A stretch of 38,719 nucleotides of DNA from Eledone cirrhosa (taxonomy: Eukaryota). This document shows positions 26,950 through 38,719 of the stretch, one piece after another. The DNA is taken from assembly GCA_964016885.1 (NCBI GenBank), contig CAXHJY010000148.1:1-38719 (forward strand), read 5' to 3'. Numbering within the stretch: the first letter of the stretch is position 1; the number at the start of each line of letters is the position of its first letter. The translations under genes and the position numbers were made by a program. The notes below the pieces were generated by a model. That model saw only the letters and a list, made by a program, of their open reading frames with translations. It was not told the DNA's origin and searched no databases.

Positions 26950-27365
26950 AAAGTTTTATTTAAGATTGTTGGGTTACAACGAGTAAATATTTTATAACTG
27001 ATATAAAAGCACTCAACAGTTTCTGGAGTAGGTTTACGATATTAAACAAATGGAAACTATATTTATAAAACCATATTTATTTCGTTATATATATTTCAGG
27101 GATATCATATTAAAAATATGGTATGCCTTCCTCAGACAAAATACAATACATAAGCTGTTTTATAAATAATTTTTGACATACCTTATAAATAATGCAACTT
27201 CCATTTAAAAAGTTGATTTGGTATGTCAAAAATTATTTATAAAACAGCTTATGTATTGTATTTTGTCTGAGGAAGGCGTACCATATTTTTAATATGATAT
27301 CCCTGAAATATATATAACGAAATAAATATGGTTTTATAAATATAGTTTCCATTTGTTTAATATCG
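26947..27365 (-). mobile_element. Fold-back insertion, family B (diverged copy, tail on the left)
   Basis: 146-bp arms 27037-27182 and 27220-27365, 90-bp tail 26947-27036, (TA)n flanks; homologous to 19899-20335. Confidence 0.85.
27259..27324 (+). ncRNA. Type I hammerhead ribozyme motif (mirror copy on the minus strand at 27078-27143)
   Basis: tattttgt-CUGAGGA-aggcguaccauauu-uuu-aauaugauaucccu-GAAA-U-auau-A-UA-acgaaata. Confidence 0.85.
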
Positions 27366-27429
27366 TATATATATATATATATATATATACAATATATTTA
27401 GAAACACACAGATACATGCGGACACACAC

Positions 27430-27996
27430 ATATATACATGAATGCATCCGCACCTAACTGTGAGTTAAGGGTGCCAACTTCACCGATGTTGCTCAATGAA
27501 TGACTGGGACAGACCAATTCAGTTGAACTAGACTGAACCAGTATCAGAGTTAAAAATACATTATGAAGAGAGAAGAAACATTTAGATATAATTAGTAATA
27601 AAATGTATCATACCTAAACTGCTCCTAAATTCCTCGACTACGTAGTTTCGTGGCATAAACAAAAACAATATATCATAAAGATATAGAGTCCTTGCGAGGT
27701 CTGCCGACTTATCAAGAGGATACCTCATTTTACTAGTCTCAAGAACGCGTCTACACGACGTGAGAAAGAATCCCAAAAGGCGGAGGGGGAGATAGTCACG
27801 CGATATAACGGTCGAGAAACAGAGCTAAGCCTCTTATAACCCCGAAGAAAATACCACGGAGGCGGAGGGGGTATTTATATCGAGGCCGTAGAAGAGGTGG
27901 TGAAGAAGGCGAGAAGTATGAGTAATGGAAGCTTTCCAGTTTAGGTATGATACATTTTATTACTAATTATATCTAAATGTTTCTTCTCTCTTCATA

Positions 27997-28001
<5 letters not shown>
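27430..28001 (-). mobile_element. Fold-back insertion, family F, with a long spacer
   Basis: 65-bp perfect inverted repeat 27557-27621 and 27937-28001, 315-bp spacer, right arm ends in (TA)n, unpaired tail on the left (left boundary approximate). Confidence 0.7.
27631..27720 (-). ncRNA. Type I hammerhead motif with a U3-A8 core variant
   Basis: uccuc-UUGAUAA-gucggca...ugccac-GAAAC-UACGUA-GUC-gagga. Confidence 0.72.
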
Positions 28002-28048
<47 letters not shown>

Positions 28049-28414
28049 TGTACAGATTAAAGTTTAAGCAAGAATCAAGCAAACTATAAGATTTTATTAT
28101 ATAAATATATATATATATATATTATTCGGGTACAACTTCTGATTTAGCCTAAGAAAATATCTACATGCGTGTGTAATTTATACAAGCATATATTTATTTT
28201 TTTATTTTCAATTGAGTTCTTAAACACGTTGGATTGATAATGTTTTCAAAAAAACTAATTAACCCGCGTGTATATTATTTTTTTTCCTCATTTCGTGGAT
28301 CGTGGGTTGTCTCCCCTTCCCGCTTCGAAGTTTATATTTTAATATAACCTAATGTTTGTTGAGTGAGATGGTTACCAGTCAGAGTTTAGCTTTAAACTAT
28401 CTCTGTTATTGTAT

Positions 28415-28485
<71 letters not shown>

Positions 28486-28488
<3 letters not shown>

Positions 28489-28890
28489 GGAGGTGAGTTT
28501 TATTGTAGTACAATAAAGCAATGCAGATATCGGATAAGAAGCACTCTACAGTTTGTAGGACTGGAGTATACATAATATAAGATCAAAAGATGGTTAAAGG
28601 AGTTCCATGTATTTTATTATGCGCATTTCAAAAACAAACATCATCATGCAATAATATTTGTGTTTTCATCAGATAAAAGAGGAGAACATGATATGAAGGC
28701 TAAAAAACACTTGTGGATAGTGCAGTTTTAAATCAACTGCACTATCCACAAGTGTTTTTTAGCTTTCATATCATGTTCTCCTGTTTTATCTGATGAAAAC
28801 ACAAATATTATTGCATGATGATGTTTGTTTTTGAAATGCGCATAATAAAATACATGGAACTCCTTTAACCATCTTTTGATCTTATATTAT
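28486..28890 (-). mobile_element. Fold-back insertion, family C (distant relative of B)
   Basis: 156-bp arms 28572-28727 and 28735-28890, 7-nt spacer, 86-bp tail sharing aagcactc.acagttt..ctggagta with the family B tail; (TA)n flanks. Confidence 0.85.
28783..28851 (+). ncRNA. Type I hammerhead ribozyme motif (mirror copy on the minus strand at 28611-28679)
   Basis: guuuuau-CUGAUGA-long stem II-GAAA-U-GCGC-A-UA-auaaaau; palindromic loop 3. Confidence 0.88.
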
Positions 28891-29073
28891 ATATATATAT
28901 ATAATCCTTATCGATCCCTCTTCGGATTTTAGCCTGTATAATTATCATTACTATGTGTGTAAGAAAATTAGAATTTTATTTCTCATTTGATTTTCTCATA
29001 GAGGGTTACATAAATATATTTGAGTTTTGTATCGAATATTGCTTTGAATTGAATATTATAATTATTATTATAT

Positions 29074-29092
29074 ACTACTACTACTGCTACTG

Positions 29093-29174
<82 letters not shown>

Positions 29175-29515
29175 CACCAAATAGAGTAAATATGAAAGGT
29201 TTAATGAAAAGCCGTGATGAGAGCTTCGTAACCCCGTAGTGTTTCATTTAGTTATAGTATATATAGTAAATTGAGAGCTGGTGGTGGTAATAGTATTGGT
29301 GCTGGTGGTGGTGGTTGTAGTACTAGTTGTGGTGGTGGTAGTAGTAGTGGAGGTCGTATATATAAAAAATAAAGAGATGGTGATGGTGGTGGTAGTGGTG
29401 ATGGTGATTGTAGTAGTAGTAGTGGAGGTAGTAGTTGTGGAGGTAGTAGTTGTGGTGGTGGTGGTAGTTGTTGTTGTTGTTGTTGTTGTGGTAGTAGTAG
29501 TAATGGAGGTAGTAT
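29074..29515. repeat. (CTA)n tract and a separate (GTA/GTG/GTT)n tract
   Basis: 29074-29179 and 29280-29515. Confidence 0.9.
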
Positions 29516-29648
29516 ATAGAGAAAATAAAGAAGATAATATAATATAAGCTAAACTTAATAATTCCTTGTAAACAACAGCTGCAAAACCTACGTCGGCAGT
29601 GTGTATATATATGTATATATACATATGTGTGTATATATGTATATATAC

Positions 29649-29692
<44 letters not shown>

Positions 29693-29768
29693 TGAAATAA
29701 AACACAGGAACACAAGAATGCAAAATTACAGATATACTAGATTCACGCTTATAGGAAGTGGAGGGGAG

Positions 29769-29802
29769 TTCAACGTTTCGGACAGAAGTCCTTCTTCAGA
29801 AA
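29769..29802 (-). ncRNA. Minimal hammerhead-like motif lacking helix III, about 80 nt upstream of (TA)n (family E, 29689-29820)
   Basis: uuu-CUGAAGA-a-GGAC-uucu-GUCC-GAAAC-GUU-gaa. Confidence 0.55.
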
Positions 29803-30053
29803 AGTTCGGATATGTAGAACATATACATATATAAAATGTAACCGGTTATATTTTATATACATCATAAAACTCTTTTTTGAAAGAATTGTCCCTCTCATTT
29901 TTTCAATAATGTCATTATGACGAATCAAAGAAGGAAAAAAACGAAAAACAAATCCTTTAATATATTTTCCGTGCTATTTCCTATTTCACCTTTTCTTTAT
30001 AACTATTGTTTTGTATAGAACCTTATTCCCTCTTCAAATATATATACGTACAT

Positions 30054-30097
<44 letters not shown>

Positions 30098-30099
<2 letters not shown>

Positions 30100-30288
30100 C
30101 GAAGGAAATGTGGTAAGGAACCAGGTGGACCATAACGCACCAAAGTACTCAATACTTGGGGTAGTAGAGTGGGTAATAGGAACCAGTAAGTCGGAGTCTT
30201 ACTGGTTCCTATTACCCACTTTACTACCCTAAGTATTGAGTACTTTGGTGCGTTATGGTCCACCTGGTTCCTTACCACATTTCCCTCG

Positions 30289-30290
<2 letters not shown>
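30098..30290. mobile_element. Fold-back insertion, family A (tail-only palindrome)
   Basis: 93-bp arms 30098-30190 and 30198-30290, 7-nt spacer; both ends are cgtt-(at)n on their own strand. Confidence 0.85.
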
Positions 30291-30327
<37 letters not shown>

Positions 30328-30375
30328 TATATATATATATATATATATATTAATATATATATATATATATGTGTG

Positions 30376-31321
30376 TGTCAGATGATACTCGATCGAAATT
30401 TGCGTGCACTATTTTTGTCTGCCGAGGGCTGTGAACGGGCTCATTTCCGTTCATTTTCGTTCGATTTTCCGCAATTTTCTTGGCCAGTTTTCTCAAAATG
30501 CTTTCATAATGTGCAGCTGTATTTCTGCTCGAGTTTTCGAGGAGGTCAACGTGCAAGATCCCCTCTCCATTCCAGAAGACAGTGGCTATGGCCTTCCCTC
30601 TTGAAAGCTCCGATTTTACCTTCACTGGTCCACTTTCACACCTGGGCAGGCACTGCTTCAATTGAGTTTGTTCCTCGGGATCGTACTGGTAGAACTAGTT
30701 TCATCCCTGGTAACAATTATCTGTAGAAAAGCTTTAAGGTCTTCATCCCACTTGTTCAAAGATCGAAAGATCTGCCCTTGTTTGCTGCTGATCTCAGCGT
30801 CACAGCTTTGCTCGGCCTCAAACTCTCCACAAGAACTGCGTGTGCAGAACCCACGGAGATATTGAATTGTGTCAGCTACTGATTCAGGGGTCATTCGCCT
30901 ATCATTTTCAATGAGGTCATGAACAGCATCGATGTTTTCCACACAGACTGATGTAGAGGACCTGCCACTGCGGGGGACATCTTCAGCCTCATCTATTCCG
31001 CTTCTAAAACGACTTATCCATTTGTAGGTTGTTGAATACTTTGGGGGCATTGTCTCCATAACCTTGCTCCAATGTGTCAATGATTTGGCTGCTCTGCCAC
31101 CCTAGCTTCACCATGAATTTGGTGTTTTGATGGAGGCCATGTTGCCAGAGCGTGTACTGACTTCTAACTGGCCCCGCCGCGTTGCAACATGCATTTAAGG
31201 GTTCATGTTGGAACATGTTATGACATGTTAGTACGAGAACGTACAGGTGCACTGGGATCACGATATATGCATATGATTTTTAGCTCTATACTTTTTCTTC
31301 GAAATTTTTGAGGGCCCCTCG
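30376..31321 (-). mobile_element. Decayed irritans-subfamily (Hsmar2-like) mariner, 3'-truncated
   Basis: 5' end cgaggggccctcaaaaatttc; KFMVKLGW..IIDTLEQGYGDNAPK/YKWISRFRSG..EDVPRSGRSSTS..LIENDRR..IVTRDET..KAIATVFWNGEGILHVD in three frames. Confidence 0.88.
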
Positions 31322-31433
31322 TGACATCCCAGATCACTGACCACTCCTCGCGACAGACCAGAAAAACAACAAACTTTTATGATTTTTTGTTGAGATATTT
31401 TTGCTTTTTTTTGCTTTGAGTGCGTATCCATAT

Positions 31434-31551
31434 ATGGACTGTACTTCTTGATAAGTCCAGCTAGATTTCCGCCCTACTCATACTGGTGGCTGAGTTCGGA
31501 TCTAGCTGTCGAAACGGCCGGAGCTCAGTCATCGGGGTCCTGACTCTTTTC

Positions 31552-31552
<1 letters not shown>
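31434..31552 (+). mobile_element. Family A-related end carrying a degenerate U3-A8 hammerhead
   Basis: TTGATAA (31448-31454), stem cagctagat..ccg/cggatctagctg, GAAAC-GGCC-G, then gagctcagtcatcggggtc...ttcc-(ta)n as in family A. Confidence 0.6.
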
Positions 31553-31586
<34 letters not shown>

Positions 31587-31834
31587 TATATGGATGTATA
31601 TATAAATCTATCGAAGCAGACACATTTATATATAGGTGTGTGTATGTGTTTTTGTGTGTGTGTGTGTTTAGGATGTATATATAAATCTATCGAAGCAGAC
31701 AATTTATATATATAGGTATGTGTGTTTGTGTGTGAGTGTGTGTGTGTTTGTGTGTTTGTGTGTGTTTATAAGTGAGAAGAAAAGAAAGACACTGAAAAAA
31801 GTCTCACCCTTTCCAATCCTTACCAGCCGCACTA

Positions 31835-31866
<32 letters not shown>

Positions 31867-31904
31867 TTACCTATCTATGTATCTTTATCTATCTATCTAT
31901 CTAT

Positions 31905-33745
31905 CTATCTATCCTTCTCTATCTGTCTTTGTATTGGCCCCTTTCCTTGTGCGCCCTTGTGGCAAATAAAGAAATATATCTATCCTTCTCTATCTGTCTT
32001 TGTATTGGCCCCTTTCCTTGTGCGCCCTTGTGGCAAATAAAGAAATATATCTATCCTTCTCTATCTGTCTTTGTGTTGGCCCCTTTTCTTGTGCGCCCTT
32101 GTGGCAAATAAAGAAATATATCTATCCTTCTCTATCTGTCTTTGTATTGGCCCCTTTCCTTGTGCTTCCTTGTGGCAAATAAAGAAATATATCTATCCTT
32201 CTCTATCTGTCTTTGTATTGGCCCCTTTTCTTGTGCGCCCTTGTGGCAAATAAAGAAATATATATATCCTTCTCTATCTGTCTTTGTATTGGCCCCTTTC
32301 CTTGTACGCCCTTGTGGCAAATAAAGAAATATATCTATCCTTCTCTATCTGTCTTTGTATTGGCCCCTTTTCTTGTGCGCCCTTGTGGCAAATAAAGAAA
32401 TATATCTATCCTTCTCTATCTGTCTTTGTATTGGCCCCTTTCCTTGTGCGCCCTTGTGGCAAATAAAGAAATATATATATCCTTCTCTATCTGTCTTTGT
32501 ATTGGCCCCTTTCCTTGTGCGCCCTTGTGGCAAATAAAGAAATATATCTATCCTTCTCTATCTGTCTTTGTATTGGCCCCTTTTCTTGTGCGCCCTTGTG
32601 GCAAATAAAGAAATATATCTATCCTTCTCTATCTGTCTTTGTATTGGCCACTTTCCTTGTGCGCCCTTGTGGCAAATAAAGAAATATATCTATCCTTCTC
32701 TATCTGTCTTTGTATTGGCCTCTTTCCTTGTGCGCCCTTGTGGCAAATAAAGAAATATATCTATCCTTCTCTATCTGTCTTTGTATTGGCCCCTTTTCTT
32801 GTGCGCCCTTGTGGCAAATAAAGAAATATATCTATCCTTCTCTATCTGTCTTTATATTGGCCCCTTTCCTTGTGCGCCCTTGTGGCAAATAAAGAAATAT
32901 ATCTATCCTTCTCTATCTGTCTTTGTATTGGCCCCTTTCCTTGTGCGCCCTTGTGGCAAATAAAGAAATATATCTATCCTTCTCTATCTGTCTTTGTATT
33001 GGCCCCTTTCCTTGTGCGCCCTTGTGTCAAATAAAGAAATATATCTATCCTTCTCTATCTGTCTTTGTATTGGCCCCTTTCCTTGTGCGCCCTTGTGGCA
33101 AATATAGAAATATATCTATCCTTCTCTATCTGTCTTTGTATTGGCCCCTTTCCTTGTGCGCCCTTGTGGCAAATAAAGAAATATATCTATCCTTCTCTAT
33201 CTGTCTTTGTATTGGCCCCTTTCCTTGTGCGCCCTTGTGGCAAATAAAGAAATATATCTATCCTTCTCTATCTGTCTTTGTATTGGCCCCTTTTCTTGTG
33301 CGCCCTTGTGGCAAATAAAGAAATATATCTATCCTTCTCTATCTGTCTTTGTATTGGCCCCTTTCCTTGTGCGCCCTTGTGGCAAATAAAGAAATATATC
33401 TATCCTTCTCTATTGGCCACTTTCCTTGTGCGCCCTTGTGGCAAATAAAGAAATATATCTATCCTTCTCTATCTGTCTTTGTATTGGCCCCTTTCCTTGT
33501 GCGCCCTTGTGGCAAATAAAGAAATATATCTATCCTTCTCTATCTGTCTTTGTATTGGCCCCTTTCCTTGTGCGCCCTTGTGGCAAATAAAGAAATATAT
33601 CTATCCTTCTCTATTGGCCACTTTCCCTGTGCGCCCTTGTGGCAAATAAAGAAATATATCTATCCTTCTCTATCTGTCTTTGTATTGGCCCCTTTCCTTG
33701 TGCGCCCTTGTGGCAAATAAAGAAATATATCTATCCTTCTCTATC
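31905..33745. repeat. 71-bp tandem array, about 26 highly homogeneous copies
   Basis: Unit atctatccttctctatctgtctttgtattggcccctttccttgtgcgcccttgtggcaaataaagaaatat; two shortened units near the right end. Confidence 0.97.
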
Positions 33746-33927
33746 AACTCAGCTTTAATGTCCACATTGAACGAATCTCTTATACAACATCTTTTAAAGC
33801 AATGTTATATCATTTGTGTGATGTCTCCTGTGATTGATGAGTTATTTGTCTAGGAATCAATTTTACTCCAGCCAAAATGGTTTATAACCAGCAGCCTGTA
33901 ACAGAGAAAAACGACTGTTCTTCGGCT

Positions 33928-34418
33928 AGTAGTGGTGGTAGTAGTAGTGGTGGTGGTGGTAGTGGAAGTAGTAGTGGTGGAAGTAGTAGTGGTGGTAGTA
34001 GTAGCAGTGGTGGTGGTAGTAGTAGCAGTGGTGGTAGTCGTAGCAGTGGTGGTGGTAGATGTAGTAGTAGTAGTGGTAGTAGTAGCAGTGGTGGTGGTAG
34101 TAGTAGCAGTGGTGGTGGTAGTAGTAGCAGTGGTGGTGGTAGTAGTAGCAGTGGTGGTTGTAGTAGCAGTGGTGGTTGTAGTAGTAGTAGTGGTAGTAGT
34201 AGCAGTAGTGGTAGTAGTAGTGGTAGTGGCAGTGGTGGTGGTAGTAGCAGTGGTGGTGGTGGTAGTAGCTGCAGTGGTGGTAGATATAGTAGTAGTAGTA
34301 GTAGTAGTGGTAGTAGTAGCAGTGGTTGGTGGTGGTGCCAATAAGTAGTAGTAGTGGTAGTAACAGTAGTAGTAGAAATAGTAGTAGTAGCAGCAGCAGT
34401 AGTAGCAGTAGTAGTAGC
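33928..34418. repeat. (GTA/GTG/GCA)n trinucleotide tract
   Basis: Direct observation. Confidence 0.95.
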
Positions 34419-34726
34419 TGCGAAGACGAAAAACAATAATTATGCATGTTAGACTGAAATAATTCTTTCACTAAGGTAAAATATAATTTAAATATTTGAC
34501 AGATTTGCAAATCTTCTCCTCTGTTGTGTTGACACTTCGGTAGTAAAAAGTTTTCGCTAAAAACATTAGCCATCAATTTCCATGACACTTCGTGCTTCCA
34601 GACGATACTCCTAGTTGAATGTTTCTATATCGGAGTAGCATCAATCAATCATAATTTTATCTAATGTTCATAACATTGCCACATAAACTGCAGAAACACT
34701 GATACGTAAATGCACTCGAATTAATA

Positions 34727-34842
34727 TACGAATAACGGCTGAAAGGTTCATAGACTGACCACGATACTCTCATGGAATGACCAAATGAGATTTATTTTTA
34801 ACATAGTCACTGGAAAGAAACAATGCAGTTATTAATAAGAGA
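34727..34842 (+). mobile_element. Solo left end of the MITE family seen at 5787-7270
   Basis: TA-cgaataacggctgaaaggttcatagactgaccacgatactctcatggaatgaccaaatgag...ggaaagaaacaatgcagttattaataaga. Confidence 0.8.
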
Positions 34843-35566
34843 ATATATGTATATATATATTATGGTATATATGCATATATATATTATGGTATATATATAT
34901 TATGGTATATGCATATATATCTTATGGTATATATATATTATGGTATATGCATATATATATTATGGTATATATGCATATATATATTATGGTATATATGCAT
35001 ATATAAATTATGGTATATATGCATATATATATTATGGTATATATATATTATGGTATATATGCATATATATATTATGGTATATATGCATATATATATTATG
35101 GTATATATGCATATATATATTATGGTATATATGCATATATATATTATGGCATATATATATTATGGTATATATGCATATATATATTATGGTATATGCATAT
35201 ATATATTATGGTATATGCATATATATATTATGGTATATATGCATATATATTATGGTATATATGCATATATATATTATGGTATATATGCATATATATATTA
35301 TGGTATATGCATATATATATTATGGTATATATGCATATATATATTATGGTATATAGGCATATATATATTATGGTATATAGGCATATATATATTATGGTAT
35401 ATGCATATATATATATTATGGTATATATGCATATATATATTATGGTATATATATATTATGGTATATATGCATATATATATTATGGTATATATATATTATG
35501 GTATATATATATTATGGTATATGCATATATATATATTATGGTATATATGCATATATATATTATGGT
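34843..35566. repeat. About 22-24-bp AT-rich minisatellite
   Basis: Unit tatggtatatatgcatatatatat. Confidence 0.92.
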
Positions 35567-35624
35567 AAACCAAGGTTACCATAATTATCTTCTATAATAA
35601 TATAACAAATGAAGGTTATAATGA

Positions 35625-35846
35625 ATACAACAATAATAATAAACAATAACAACTATAACAACAAAAACAACAACAATAACAACAAAGACAAAGATAACAA
35701 CAATAAAACAACAACAAAACAATAATACAAATAACTATAATTATAATAACAATGTCAATAAGAATAATAACAATATTACTAGTAATAACAACAACAACAA
35801 TAACAACAACAACAATAACAACAACAATAACAACAACAACACCACC
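35625..35846. repeat. (AAC/AAT)n tract
   Basis: Direct observation. Confidence 0.9.
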
Positions 35847-35984
35847 AATCAAGTCTGAATAGACAAAGTAGCCTAATGAAATCTTTAATTGTGTTGCCTT
35901 ATTCTATAGTTTCGTCTACCTGTCACAATATCTGTACACCTGTCACTTAGCAGGCAATAATACTAATTAATGCTATTGAATCTA

Positions 35985-38719
<2,735 letters not shown>

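Noticed and set aside
29210-29236. gTGATGAgagcttcGTAAC hammerhead-like string
   Set aside because: Both core boxes are mismatched and there is no convincing stem I or III.
31905-33745. Regular arrays (71, 149, 29, 15 and 41 bp) as possible CRISPR arrays
   Set aside because: Head-to-tail units with no unique spacers, no cas genes, and a eukaryotic context.
35558-35585. Small hairpin attatggtaa-N-ttaccataat ending the AT-rich minisatellite
   Set aside because: 10-bp AT-rich arms; suggestive of a tiny fold-back but too weak to call.

Overview
Very AT-rich, repeat-saturated eukaryotic DNA with no intact gene that I can recognise. The mix of SINEs, mariners and microsatellites resembles a mollusc genome such as octopus; that assignment is inference only. 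Most long ORFs in the track are translations of microsatellites. Recognisable content: three decayed mariner elements (two share one internal deletion, one resembles Hsmar2/irritans), an RTE-clade LINE remnant, an R4/Dong-like restriction-like-endonuclease LINE remnant, two tRNA-derived SINE families, and many tandem arrays. One 149-bp satellite grew inside a mariner MITE, and one 29-bp minisatellite grew inside a SINE A-box. The most notable signal is a recurrent class of about a dozen short insertions, from several families, sitting in (TA)n tracts; most are fold-back palindromes. Many carry type I hammerhead ribozyme motifs with palindromic loop 3. Three related copies show stem covariation, and one motif has a U3-A8 core variant. 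The architecture matches the ends of Penelope-like retroelements (pLTR plus tail), but no Penelope ORF is present here. All structures were folded by eye and all family names come from motif recall, not database searches.
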